From NCBI GenBank assembly GCA_001189215.1, contig LFCR01000006.1, forward strand, positions 133,354 through 197,353: DNA of 64,000 bases, in the 5' to 3' direction. This DNA is from Parcubacteria bacterium C7867-008 (GTDB lineage: Bacteria > Patescibacteriota > Minisyncoccia > Phycocordibacterales > Phycocordibacteraceae). Below the pieces are notes generated by a model. The model did no database searches. It was not told the DNA's origin and saw only the letters and a list, made by a program, of their open reading frames with translations. Made by a program: the position numbers and the translations under genes. Below, one piece after another: positions 46,025 to 56,174 of this stretch (position 1 is its first letter; every line of letters begins with the position of its first letter).

Positions 46025-48400
46025 ATGGCTAAAACCACTAAGTCTGCTGTGCTCGCGTCTAAGAAAAAGGTATCGGTTCCTGCAAAAGTAGTTGCTCCGG
46101 TAGAAAGTAAGGAGACGAAACGATACCGTGAATTAATTCCAAGAATTGAGAAGCGAGATGGACGGATGACAGATTTTTCATTTGAGAAGATTGTTTCCGT
46201 AACACACAAGGCGATGGCAGCAGCCAATGAGGGAGGAGAGGATGATGCGGTGCTCGTAGCACACCAGGTAGCCGGTGAGCTCGCTCGCTTTGCAAAGAAG
46301 TACAAGAACTTCCTTCCAACGGTGGAAGGTATCCAAGATGCAGTGGAGAAGCAGCTCATGCTTAACGACTTCACAGCGTCTGCAAAGGCGTACATTCTGT
46401 ACCGTGATAAGCGGAATCAGATGCGTACCGAGCATATTGAGATTCCTGAGGATGTACGTCGTCTTGCTGATGAAAGTAAGACCTATTTTAAGAACAATGC
46501 ACTCGGAGAGTTCGTATACCTTCGCAGCTACTCCAAATGGAATCCTGCACTCGGTCGTCGTGAGACCTGGGTAGAGACGGTGGACCGATATATCGCGTTC
46601 ATGAAAAAGAATCTTGGCAAGAAACTTGCTGATAAGGAATACGCAGAGCTCCGTGAAGCAATTCTCAAGCAGGAAGTTATGCCTTCTATGCGTCTCATGC
46701 AGTTTGCTGGTGAGGCAGTAGAGCGATGTAACGTTGCTGCATACAATTGTTCATTCATCGCGCCATCGAAGATTCCAGACTTCGCAGAGATCATGTACAT
46801 CTCTATGTGTGGTACTGGTGTTGGATACTCTGTTGAAAGCGCAAACGTACAGGCACTTCCACAGATCGGTACACAGACCGGTGAAAAGCTTGCAACACAT
46901 GTCGTAGGGGACTCAAAGGAAGGGTGGTGTGATGCACTTACTCTTGGACTCAAGACTTGGTTCGCTGGTAATGATGTTGATTTTGATTTCTCTCAGGTAC
47001 GTCCTGCTGGTGCACGCCTCAAGGTTATGGGTGGTAAGGCATCAGGGCCTGAGCCACTTCGCAGCCTCCTTGCATTCTCTCGCGAACGCATCCTAAGTCG
47101 TCAGGGTCGTCGTCTCCGTAACATCGATGTACATGACATGATCTGCAAGATAGGTGAGTGTGTGGTTGCTGGTGGGGTACGTCGTAGCGCGATGATTTCC
47201 CTCTCGGATCTTGATGATGATCTCGTTCGTGACGCTAAAAAGGGTGAATTCTGGAACACCAACCCACAGCGTTCTATCGCTAACAACTCCGCAATCTATA
47301 ACGAGAAGCCAACCAACGCAGAGTTCATGGATGAGTGGGTTGCTCTTATGAAGAGCGGGTCAGGTGAGCGTGGCATCTTCAACCGTGGTGCACTTTCTAA
47401 GCAGCTTCCAGAGCGCCGTGTTTCCTTCTGGGAGAACACAGGATACATCAAGGGAGGAAAGGTGGTTGGACCTGCAGGAACTAATCCTTGCGGTGAGATC
47501 ATTCTTAAGTCTAAGCAATTCTGTAACCTCACTGAAGTAATTGCTCGTTCAGGAGATACAAAGGAGTCGCTCATTCGCAAGGCACGTCTTGCAACCATAC
47601 TTGGCACCTATCAGTCCACACTCACTAGCCTCAACTACCTCTCTAAGGAGTGGACAGAGAACTGTGAAGCAGAACGTCTTCTTGGTGTATCAGTAACCGG
47701 TCAGTGGGACTCTAAAGCATCCCGTAGTGCAGACACTCTAAAGGCAATGCGCGCAGAGACTATCAAGACCAACAAGAAGTATGCAGAGAAGATGGGTGTG
47801 AATGCATCTATGGCGATCACTTGTGTGAAGCCATCAGGTACCGTATCTCAGACCTTCGATGTGTCTTCTGGTATGCATCCTCGTCACTCACCGTACTATG
47901 TTCGTCGTATCCGTATTAGTGCAACAGACTCCCTATTCAAGTTCATGCGTGACGCGGGTGTGCCATTCTTCCCAGAAGTGGGACAGAACCCAGAGACGGC
48001 AAACACCTACGTACTCGAGTTCCCAGTGAAAGCTCCAGAAGGTGCAACATCTAAGAATGACATCACCGCACTAGATCAGCTCGAGCACTGGAAACTTGTA
48101 AAAGAGAACTACACTGAACACAATCCATCGGTAACGGTATCTGTGGGAGATGATGAGTGGATCAAGGTAGCAAACTGGGTATATGAGAACTGGGATATCG
48201 TTGGAGGTCTTTCATTCCTTCCTCGTGACAACCACGTATACCGTCTAGCTCCCTACGAGCCAATCACCAAGGCAGAGTACGAGACTCGCATCAAGAACTT
48301 CCCAACTGTAGACTACGCAAAGCTTATGCTCTACGAGCGTGCTGATGAGACCGAACTCAAGAAGGAATTGGCCTGTGTGGCAGGTATCTGCGAGATTTAA
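46025..48400 (+). CDS. nrdJ: class II (adenosylcobalamin-dependent) ribonucleotide reductase with N-terminal ATP-cone
   Basis: An ATP-cone lies at residues about 35-125, followed by a class II RNR catalytic core with active-site cysteines and the NPCGEI motif; about 790 aa. A terminator lies at 48419-48444. Confidence 0.85.
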   Translation: MAKTTKSAVLASKKKVSVPAKVVAPVESKETKRYRELIPRIEKRDGRMTDFSFEKIVSVTHKAMAAANEGGEDDAVLVAHQVAGELARFAKKYKNFLPTVEGIQDAVEKQLMLNDFTASAKAYILYRDKRNQMRTEHIEIPEDVRRLADESKTYFKNNALGEFVYLRSYSKWNPALGRRETWVETVDRYIAFMKKNLGKKLADKEYAELREAILKQEVMPSMRLMQFAGEAVERCNVAAYNCSFIAPSKIPDFAEIMYISMCGTGVGYSVESANVQALPQIGTQTGEKLATHVVGDSKEGWCDALTLGLKTWFAGNDVDFDFSQVRPAGARLKVMGGKASGPEPLRSLLAFSRERILSRQGRRLRNIDVHDMICKIGECVVAGGVRRSAMISLSDLDDDLVRDAKKGEFWNTNPQRSIANNSAIYNEKPTNAEFMDEWVALMKSGSGERGIFNRGALSKQLPERRVSFWENTGYIKGGKVVGPAGTNPCGEIILKSKQFCNLTEVIARSGDTKESLIRKARLATILGTYQSTLTSLNYLSKEWTENCEAERLLGVSVTGQWDSKASRSADTLKAMRAETIKTNKKYAEKMGVNASMAITCVKPSGTVSQTFDVSSGMHPRHSPYYVRRIRISATDSLFKFMRDAGVPFFPEVGQNPETANTYVLEFPVKAPEGATSKNDITALDQLEHWKLVKENYTEHNPSVTVSVGDDEWIKVANWVYENWDIVGGLSFLPRDNHVYRLAPYEPITKAEYETRIKNFPTVDYAKLMLYERADETELKKELACVAGICEI

Positions 48401-48418
48401 TTGAAGGTATTCAACAAG

Positions 48419-48444
48419 AAAAGGCGCCTAACGCGCCTTTTCTT
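48419..48444 (+). terminator. rho-independent terminator after the RNR gene (AAGGCGC-CTAAC-GCGCCTT plus TTTCTT)
   Basis: Hairpin with a T tract. Confidence 0.55.
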
Positions 48445-48510
48445 GTAGTGGTTCCGGTAATGGAATCCGAATCTTTTCCTTTTTATAAAAATATATGGTA
48501 TAATGTTCTC

Positions 48511-48838
48511 AGACCGATCTAGACGATCGCTCTGAGTTTCTCAGGGAGGAAAGTCCGAACACAGGCTAGCAATAGCAGCAGGGTAGCGGGTAACGCCCGT
48601 CCGTAGTGATACGCGAGGTGCGAGCAGAGACGCTCGAAGAGAAATCCTAGAGCATCTGATTTCGGTCAGATGAATCCGTACGGTGACGTATGGGGTGAAA
48701 CGGCTAAATCCTTACCTCTGTGCAAGGCCGTGCCCAGCAATGGGAGCGCCGCTCGAGCTACTTGGTAACAAGTAGCCCAGATAGATGATCGTCCGTACTT
48801 CGGTACGACAGAATTCGGCTTATCGGATCGGTCTAACA
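48511..48838 (+). ncRNA. rnpB: RNase P RNA (bacterial type A)
   Basis: Conserved GGAAAGTCCGAAC (P4 5' strand) and ACAGAATTCGGCTTATCGG (P4 3' strand/3' region). P1 pairing is AGACCGATC (48511-19) with GATCGGTCT (48826-34). An extended -10 TGGTATAAT lies at 48497-48505. Confidence 0.75.
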
Positions 48839-49011
48839 ACATGAAGAAACCTGCCCTCTGGGTGGGTTTCTTCGCTTTTCATGCGAGTGTGTTCTTATTT
48901 CCTATCCCCACCCGCCTATATTAGGTACTGCTTCGATGGAGGCAGGCCGTATACTTACATAGGTATTATTAGGTTTATCAGGGTTAATCCCGTAATTACG
49001 GTGTAAATAAC

Positions 49012-51456
49012 ATGCAAACAGATACAGCTCACGCAGCGGTATCCGTCGCGCCCCACCCTCGGCGCTTTTCGTTCGATACGCTTGCCATCTGGGCTCTCAC
49101 GCTCACGGCAGCGCTATCAGCGATAGCGTTCATTCCGGTGGCCACGGTACCGTTCCTTTATACGAAAGTGTCGATCATCGCCTTAGGCGGTTTGATCGCA
49201 CTGGTGTTCTTCGTGCTCGCACGCCTCACGCGTGGCAACATCATTGTTCCTCCGGTCGCACTGATCGGGGCGCTTTGGTTCTTGCCGCTCGCGTATGCAC
49301 TCTCAATGCTCTTCTCTGGCAATCCACTTGCTGCGGGAGCATTTGGAAATGAACTAGAGCCAGATACGTTTGGCTTCATGCTCATTCTTGCGGCATTCGC
49401 GACCTTGATCGCACTAGTGTTCCGCAGGACTAACCACTACCGTACATTCTTCTCGGTTGGTGGTGTGGTGCTCGCGATTACCCTCGTGGCACAGATCCTG
49501 TTCGTGATCATTGGTAAGGTGTCTCCAAATCTTGTTTCCTCAACCGCCAACCTCGTTGGGTCCTTCACGGATCTAGGTATGGTAGTGGGTCTTGGTCTGG
49601 TGATTGGATTGCTTGCGATCCGTTTTGTTTCCCTCTCACAGCGCATCCGCATAGCACTATGGGTCTTCGGTGCTCTCGGCCTCGTGACCCTAGCGCTCGT
49701 GAACTCAAAGCTTATTTGGATTCTTGTAACCCTCGTCGCTCTCGGTCTCTTCATTGAGGCAATCATGAAGCGTCGTGGTGTTGCTGACGAAGATGACTTT
49801 GAAGGAGTAGCAACACTTGAGGTATCTTCAGGTCGTGAAAGCGGCATGGGAGACTCTCGTGCACTAGCACCGGCACTCGTAACAATCGTTATCGCACTCT
49901 TCTTTATTATTGGAGGAAATACTATCGGTGCTGCACTTTCAAATGCGCTCGGTACTAACTTCCTTGATGTGCATCCGTCTTGGCAGTCCACCTTCGCGGT
50001 TGGAAGTCATACGTACGCATCATCACCACTCTTTGGTTCAGGTCCTGGGACCTTCGGTGAGCAGTGGCTCAGGTACCGTGACCGTGCGTTGAATGACACG
50101 ATCTTCTGGAACGTAGACTTCAATGCAGGTATCGGTATGATCCCAACCTCGTTTGTCACCACTGGTATTCTTGGTGTCCTTGCTTGGCTTGGTTTCATTG
50201 GTCTCTTCCTCTTCATCGGTATTCGCGCGCTCCTCTTCCGTACTCCGGAAGATGCATACGCACGATTCGTATCGGTGGCATCGTTCGTAGGTAGTGTGTA
50301 CCTGTTTGTTGTGATGATCTTCGCAACACCCGGTCCGCTCGTGCTACTCGTTGGATTCTTCTTAGTTGGTCTCTTCATATCCTCGCTCCGCTATAGCGGT
50401 ACGCGTCGTGAATGGGGAATCGTCTTTGCTAAGAATCCTCGTGTTGGCTTCGTTATTGTCTTCGGTCTAACCATCTTGTTGCTTGCATCTGTTGTTGCGG
50501 CATACACGGTGGTGGAACGATACCTTGCAAACGTCTCATACACCCAGGGTGTAGCAGCACTTGCCAAGGGAGACATTGCTGCCGCAAGTGAAGCAACACA
50601 GCGTGCAATCCTCTTTGCTCCAAACGATCGTACGTACCAGCTTGCAGCTGCAGTCGGTATTGCACAGATGAATCGTGTAGCAGCGGATCAGTCGCTTGCA
50701 CCAAGTGATGCACAGCAGCAATTCCAGGCAGCACTCTCAACAAGTATTCAAGCTGCATCAAAGGCAGTAGAACTTAACGGTAAGAACTACCAGAACTGGG
50801 CAGTACTCGGCGGTGTATATCAGACCGTTGTGCCGCTTAATCTTGAAGGAGCGTATGAGAAGTCTAAGGATGCGTACACACACGCTATAGAACTCAATCC
50901 TTCAAGTCCAACACTACCGTTTGCTCTTGCGCAGCTTGAGATTGCTAAGAAAAATTACCCTGCAGCAGAAGTGGCGCTTATGAACGCTATCAACCTTAAG
51001 CGCGATTACACGGAAGCTATCTACCTCTTCTCACAGCTTGAGGTACAGCAGGGTAAGACCCGTGAAGCACTTGAGGCAGCCGAAGCAGCAGCATACTTCG
51101 CACCAAACGATTCAAATGTTCTCTTCCAGCTCGGTATCCTCCGTTCCGGAAGTGGTGACGCAGATGGTGCTATCCAAGCACTCTCTCGTGCGGTTGAGAT
51201 GAACAAGGAGTTTGCTAATGCCCGCTTCTTCCTTGCGGTTGCCTATGCAACCAAAGGACAGCTTGCACCAGCACTTGAACAGCTCGAGGCTATTGCGGCA
51301 CTCTCCCCAGACAACGCAAAGATTGTTGAGGCAGACATTGCACAGCTCCGTGCTGGTAAGAATCCGTTCCCTGCATCTCGTCTTGGTGCGCTCGGTATAG
51401 CCAAGCCACCACTTCCTGAGGCAGCACCTGCAACTAGTGCAGCTCCAGCGAAGTAA
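49012..51456 (+). CDS. polytopic membrane protein (O-antigen ligase/Wzy-like) fused to C-terminal TPR repeats
   Basis: About 12 or more TM helices over the first 500 aa with a large loop, then an approximately 300-aa alpha-helical TPR-like repeat region (Ala/Leu-rich 34-aa periodicity). Confidence 0.55.
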   Translation: MQTDTAHAAVSVAPHPRRFSFDTLAIWALTLTAALSAIAFIPVATVPFLYTKVSIIALGGLIALVFFVLARLTRGNIIVPPVALIGALWFLPLAYALSMLFSGNPLAAGAFGNELEPDTFGFMLILAAFATLIALVFRRTNHYRTFFSVGGVVLAITLVAQILFVIIGKVSPNLVSSTANLVGSFTDLGMVVGLGLVIGLLAIRFVSLSQRIRIALWVFGALGLVTLALVNSKLIWILVTLVALGLFIEAIMKRRGVADEDDFEGVATLEVSSGRESGMGDSRALAPALVTIVIALFFIIGGNTIGAALSNALGTNFLDVHPSWQSTFAVGSHTYASSPLFGSGPGTFGEQWLRYRDRALNDTIFWNVDFNAGIGMIPTSFVTTGILGVLAWLGFIGLFLFIGIRALLFRTPEDAYARFVSVASFVGSVYLFVVMIFATPGPLVLLVGFFLVGLFISSLRYSGTRREWGIVFAKNPRVGFVIVFGLTILLLASVVAAYTVVERYLANVSYTQGVAALAKGDIAAASEATQRAILFAPNDRTYQLAAAVGIAQMNRVAADQSLAPSDAQQQFQAALSTSIQAASKAVELNGKNYQNWAVLGGVYQTVVPLNLEGAYEKSKDAYTHAIELNPSSPTLPFALAQLEIAKKNYPAAEVALMNAINLKRDYTEAIYLFSQLEVQQGKTREALEAAEAAAYFAPNDSNVLFQLGILRSGSGDADGAIQALSRAVEMNKEFANARFFLAVAYATKGQLAPALEQLEAIAALSPDNAKIVEADIAQLRAGKNPFPASRLGALGIAKPPLPEAAPATSAAPAK

Positions 51457-51465
51457 TAAGAGGAA

Positions 51466-53148
51466 ATGGTTCGCGAATTCCTCAGTAAAATAACAGCACC
51501 AGTACGCGGCCTTCACCAGGCCGCGTACCTGCTTGCACTGCTGACCCTCGCGTCCCAGCTTCTTGCGCTCGCCCGTGATCGCATATTCGCCCATACCTTT
51601 GGTGCAAGCGAAGTGCTGGATATGTACTATGCTGCGTTCAAGATTCCAGACTTAGTGTTTGCTCTTGTGGCATCGTTGGTCTCGGCATACGTACTTATTC
51701 CAATGATCTCCGGAATGGAGAAGAAAGAGGCGCGACGATTGCTCTCAGAAACAGCAACCTTCCTGGTAATAACGGGAGGGTTTGCTTGTATCCTGCTTGC
51801 AATCTTCGCGCCGAACTTCGTCTTCATTCTATTTCCAGGATTTTCAGCATCACCGAATGCAGATATGTTTGTTGGACTCGTACGCGTACTCCTCCTTCAA
51901 CCAATTCTGCTTGGTCTCTCAGGTATTCTGGGTAGCGTAACGCAGATTAAACGCCGTTTCGTCTTGTTCGCACTCTCACCGGTGCTATACAACCTGGGTA
52001 TCATCTTTGGAACAGTATTTCTGTACCCGGACTACGGCATTATTGGTATTGGTATAGGTGTACTCATAGGAGCCACTGCGCACCTCCTCCTTAATGTGCC
52101 AACAGCATTTGGTGCAAAGTTGCTTCCATATCCACGCATTCCTTCATACAAAGTGATACTGTCTGTGGTGCGAAACTCAGTACCACGTTCACTTGCTCTG
52201 GGCATGGGTACTGTTACCACGCTTGGTTTGCTTGCGATTGCAAATCGATTAGGAAGTGGTTCGGTCTCTGTATTTACTCTTGCCAGTAATCTTGAAGCAG
52301 TACCCTTGTCTCTTATTGGGGCTGCCTATGCCACAGCAGCATTCCCGGTGCTCGCTGAACAGCACGGGAAAGGGAAGACAGAGGAGTTCCAAGCCACTAT
52401 CTATGCTGCTGCACGACACATCATTCTGTGGTCTTCAGTGATCCTTGTGCTCACTGTGGTATTGCGAGCACACATCGTACGTATCATTCTTGGCTCGGGT
52501 GCATTTGATTGGGATGCGACTCGACTCACTGCAGCAATTCTGGGCATCATGGTGCTTTCGCTTATTGCGCAAGGAATTATCCTTCTTGCTGCGCGCGCCT
52601 TCTATGCAGCACACCGTTCCTGGAACCCACTACTCGTGCAGCTCGCAGACTGTGGTATTTCCATACTGGGTGCTATTGGATTCCTCGGGCTTGCAAAGGC
52701 AATTCCTGAGGTACGTTACTTTGTTGAATCGCTCTTCCGTGTAACGGATGTTCCAGGGTCTGAGATTCTGTTTGTAGCCTGTGGATTCACTCTTGGGCAA
52801 CTCATCATGGGCACCGTTGCACTCATTACGCTTCGCACGGTTGCTCCAGGAGCTGCGCGTGAACTTATCCGCCCTATCCTTGAATCCTTCGGTGCTGCTC
52901 TTCTGGGAGGTACTGCTGCATATGGTGCTCTTACGCTCATGGGTAACATTGCCCCACTCACCACACTCCCGGTTGTAGTTGCAGAGGGCGCTGTGGCTGG
53001 TATGGTGGGTCTAGCAGTGGCTTGTGCGGTGCTCTTCATGCTTCAGAACAAAGAGATGCGCGCTATAGGAAGCGCTCTCCTGAAGCTTCGTAATCTCCGC
53101 GCTCTTAAGCCATACGCTCCAATAGGAAATGACGAAACACATACGTAA
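51466..53148 (+). CDS. murJ: lipid II flippase MurJ (MviN)
   Basis: 14-TM MOP-superfamily architecture; N-terminal block LALARDRIFAHTFGASEVLDMYYAAFKIPD is typical of MurJ. Confidence 0.85.
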   Translation: MVREFLSKITAPVRGLHQAAYLLALLTLASQLLALARDRIFAHTFGASEVLDMYYAAFKIPDLVFALVASLVSAYVLIPMISGMEKKEARRLLSETATFLVITGGFACILLAIFAPNFVFILFPGFSASPNADMFVGLVRVLLLQPILLGLSGILGSVTQIKRRFVLFALSPVLYNLGIIFGTVFLYPDYGIIGIGIGVLIGATAHLLLNVPTAFGAKLLPYPRIPSYKVILSVVRNSVPRSLALGMGTVTTLGLLAIANRLGSGSVSVFTLASNLEAVPLSLIGAAYATAAFPVLAEQHGKGKTEEFQATIYAAARHIILWSSVILVLTVVLRAHIVRIILGSGAFDWDATRLTAAILGIMVLSLIAQGIILLAARAFYAAHRSWNPLLVQLADCGISILGAIGFLGLAKAIPEVRYFVESLFRVTDVPGSEILFVACGFTLGQLIMGTVALITLRTVAPGAARELIRPILESFGAALLGGTAAYGALTLMGNIAPLTTLPVVVAEGAVAGMVGLAVACAVLFMLQNKEMRAIGSALLKLRNLRALKPYAPIGNDETHT

Positions 53149-54925
53149 CTTTTCAATTATTGCTCACATCGATCACGGAAAGTCGACCCTCGCGGATCGA
53201 CTTCTTGAACGTACCGGTACCATTGAAGCACGTAAGATGCGTGATCAGGTGCTCGACAAAATGGATCTAGAGCGAGAGCGTGGCATCACGATTAAGATGC
53301 AGCCGGCTCGCATGAAGTACAAAGCAAAGGATGGTGAAGATTACATCCTAAATCTGATCGATACTCCAGGACACATAGACTTTGCGTACGAGGTATCCCG
53401 TGCACTTTCCGCCGTGGAAGGAGTAATTCTACTCGTAGATTCAACACAAGGTGTACAAGCACAAACTCTCACCACACTTAGTATGGCAAAGAAGGCAGGG
53501 TGTGTGATCATCCCAGTGCTTTCTAAGATTGATGCTCCTGCTGCACGTATTGATGATGTAACGCTTGAACTAGCTGAACTTCTTGATGTAGCACCTGAAA
53601 CAGTCATGGCAGTATCGGGCCGTACGGGCGAAGGAGTTGAAGATCTCCTAGAAGAGATTGTGCGTTTGGTACCAGCACCTCGTGTGAGTGAAGGTGATTC
53701 ACCACGTGCTCTCATCTTCGACTTCTCCTACTCAACACATCGTGGCATTGCCGTCTTTGCCCGTGTGTTTGATGGGACTCTAAAGAAAGGGGACTTACTG
53801 CGCTTTGCTGCAGCTGGTACACGATTTACTGCACTTGAGACAGGTATATTTATGCCGGATGAAGTAGCAACAGAATCACTTTCAGCAGGAGAGATCGGAT
53901 ACATTGTTACGGGTGTGAAGGAGGCAGGTGTCGTAGCGGTGGGAGATACTATATATGCTGACCGTGCGAATATTCCACCTCTCGAAGGCTTTGATCGCCC
54001 ACGTCCGGTGGTCTGGGCATCGGTATATCCAGAAAGCCAGGATGACCTTACTATGCTGCGTCAGGCACTTGAGCGTCTCCGTCTCTCAGATTCGTCCCTT
54101 TCATTTGAAGAGGAGTCATCGGGCGTACTCGGGCGTGGCTTCCGTTGTGGTTTCCTCGGTATGCTGCACCTTGAGATTGTTACCGAACGCCTTAAGCGTG
54201 AGTTCAACCTTACGCTCATTGTCACTATTCCAACGATTGCCTATACCGTTACTAATAAGCAAGGCAAGAAAGAGACTATTTATACCCCATCCAAGTTTCC
54301 TGCATTTGGTGATGTTGCAGAGATTGCTGAGCCTTGGGTTAAAGTTATTCTTATTACCCCTCCAGAATCACTCTCTGGAATGATCCAACTCTTTCATGAT
54401 CACGAGGGGGCAGTGATGGATACACAAACCCATTTGGATGGGCGTATTGAACTTGCTGCAGAGATGCCACTTCGTGAGCTTATGCGCGGCTTCTTTGATC
54501 GTGTGAAGAACGTTTCTTCAGGATATGCATCACTTTCATACGAATTCCTTGATGAGCGCCCTGCTGACGTGGTGAAACTAGAGATCTATGTAGCTGATGA
54601 ACCTGTACCAGCCTTTGCTCGCGTTGTATCACGTCGTCGCGTAGAGCAAGATGGAGAACGTATGGTGGAGAAACTTCACGAGATTCTTCCACGCCAGATG
54701 TTTGTGCTTAAGATTCAGGCACATGCGCTTGGGCGTATCGTATCCTCAAAGTCCATTTCAGCACTCCGCAAGGATGTCACCGGATACCTCTATGGTGGAG
54801 ACATCACACGTCGTATGAAACTTCTTGAGAAACAGAAGAAGGGAAAGAAGGCACGTGGGGTACACGCAAAGATGGAAATACCACAGGAGGTATTTATGAA
54901 GATGGTGCAGGATAGCGGACAGTAG
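53129..54925 (+). CDS. lepA: elongation factor 4 (LepA)
   Basis: NFSIIAHIDHGKSTLADRLL; G-domain plus the LepA-specific C-terminal domain; 598 aa. Confidence 0.95.
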   Translation: MTKHIRNFSIIAHIDHGKSTLADRLLERTGTIEARKMRDQVLDKMDLERERGITIKMQPARMKYKAKDGEDYILNLIDTPGHIDFAYEVSRALSAVEGVILLVDSTQGVQAQTLTTLSMAKKAGCVIIPVLSKIDAPAARIDDVTLELAELLDVAPETVMAVSGRTGEGVEDLLEEIVRLVPAPRVSEGDSPRALIFDFSYSTHRGIAVFARVFDGTLKKGDLLRFAAAGTRFTALETGIFMPDEVATESLSAGEIGYIVTGVKEAGVVAVGDTIYADRANIPPLEGFDRPRPVVWASVYPESQDDLTMLRQALERLRLSDSSLSFEEESSGVLGRGFRCGFLGMLHLEIVTERLKREFNLTLIVTIPTIAYTVTNKQGKKETIYTPSKFPAFGDVAEIAEPWVKVILITPPESLSGMIQLFHDHEGAVMDTQTHLDGRIELAAEMPLRELMRGFFDRVKNVSSGYASLSYEFLDERPADVVKLEIYVADEPVPAFARVVSRRRVEQDGERMVEKLHEILPRQMFVLKIQAHALGRIVSSKSISALRKDVTGYLYGGDITRRMKLLEKQKKGKKARGVHAKMEIPQEVFMKMVQDSGQ

Positions 54926-54930
54926 GGGAG

Positions 54931-55308
54931 TTGTTGGCTTGGTATACTCAGACCATGCCCAGACGCAAAGCAGTACCTATAAAGGAATATGCCATTGCCG
55001 CTGGTCTCCTATTCTTTATTGCATGGTTTATCTTTCTCATCATCGGTATTGCTCGTAAAGAAGAAATAGCCCGTCATGCGGTAAAAGATACTCAGGCTCA
55101 ACTCACTGCTCTTGATGAGCGACGCGTAACACTCCAACAGAATCTAACTGATCTCTCCACCGATCGGGGACAGGAAGCGGTACTTAGGCAAACCTATGGC
55201 GTAGCAAAGCCAGGAGAGGAAGTAATCATTGTGGTCCCACCTAAAGCAACACCTGCTCCGCCACCACTTCCATGGTGGAAGAAGGCACTGAACTGGTTCG
55301 AGTTTTAA
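54931..55308 (+). CDS. FtsB/DivIC-like septum-formation protein (single TM plus coiled coil)
   Basis: One TM helix followed by a coiled-coil segment (AQLTALDERRVTLQQNLTDL) and a Pro-rich tail. Confidence 0.45.
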   Translation: MLAWYTQTMPRRKAVPIKEYAIAAGLLFFIAWFIFLIIGIARKEEIARHAVKDTQAQLTALDERRVTLQQNLTDLSTDRGQEAVLRQTYGVAKPGEEVIIVVPPKATPAPPPLPWWKKALNWFEF

Positions 55309-55368
55309 TCTTGACATAAACTACATTAGTACTATAATATATCCAGCATAACAACTGGGGGATAACTG

Positions 55369-55815
55369 ATGTTGCTGTACCTTTTGCCGCTGGTACTGAT
55401 ACTGGCTTTTGGACGTTTCGCCTTCCAGCACCGCTGGTGGCACATGATCCGAGAGCGTCAGATCATCTACCTGCTCCTGAACCTGCTCGTCATCCTGACC
55501 GCCGGCTTCGCCTTCTATCTCAAGTTCCAACCAATCACGGAACAAGAGGTCGTGATCTTCGCCGGCAGCCTCGCCATTGGCCTGCTCGCCGTCGAGATTT
55601 GGAACGGGATTCGCTGGGCCGCTCCGCGACTTCAGCGGAACATCCGGAGGAACTGGAAGGTCTGGCTGATCGCCGTCTTCGTTGTCGTCAACTTCTTCCT
55701 GCTGAAGTACGGCGGCAAGGAGGGCGGTATCGTGGTCGTAATCGAGATCATGACCTTCGCCATCGGCCTCATCATCGTGAAGTCGACCGGCATGAGGATC
55801 AGGCTCAGGCCGTAA
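55369..55815 (+). CDS. hypothetical 4-TM membrane protein (high-GC islet)
   Basis: 148-aa ORF with strongly GC3-biased codons (CTG, CTC, GCC, ATC, TTC) unlike neighbouring genes, and four hydrophobic helices. Confidence 0.45.
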   Translation: MLLYLLPLVLILAFGRFAFQHRWWHMIRERQIIYLLLNLLVILTAGFAFYLKFQPITEQEVVIFAGSLAIGLLAVEIWNGIRWAAPRLQRNIRRNWKVWLIAVFVVVNFFLLKYGGKEGGIVVVIEIMTFAIGLIIVKSTGMRIRLRP

Positions 55816-55916
55816 CTAACGGGGTGGGACCCGAAAATCCTAGTCGTCCTTGTACAGGGCGGCTTTTTCTTTATCCCCAGGACCAAAATGATATACTGGG
55901 TGCATAATCAAACTCT

Positions 55917-56159
55917 ATGGAAAAGAACATCACTATTTACAGCACTCCGACTTGTCACTTCTGCCAGATGACTAAGGAATTCCTTACCGAGCACAATATC
56001 CCGTACACTGAGCATAATGTTGCTTCAGACCTTGAAAAGCGACAGGAAATGATTGAAAAGAGCGGTCAGATGGGAGTACCAGTTATTACCGTTGGAGACG
56101 ATGTTATCGTTGGATTCGATAAAGAGAAGCTTTCTTCTCTCGTAGGTATCGCTGCGTAG
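55917..56159 (+). CDS. glutaredoxin-like protein (NrdH/YruB-type, CxxC)
   Basis: 80 aa with IYSTPTCHFCQ, a thioredoxin fold and a GVPVI motif. A terminator lies at 56175-56205. Confidence 0.75.
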   Translation: MEKNITIYSTPTCHFCQMTKEFLTEHNIPYTEHNVASDLEKRQEMIEKSGQMGVPVITVGDDVIVGFDKEKLSSLVGIAA

Positions 56160-56174
56160 CACTGCAGAATTATA

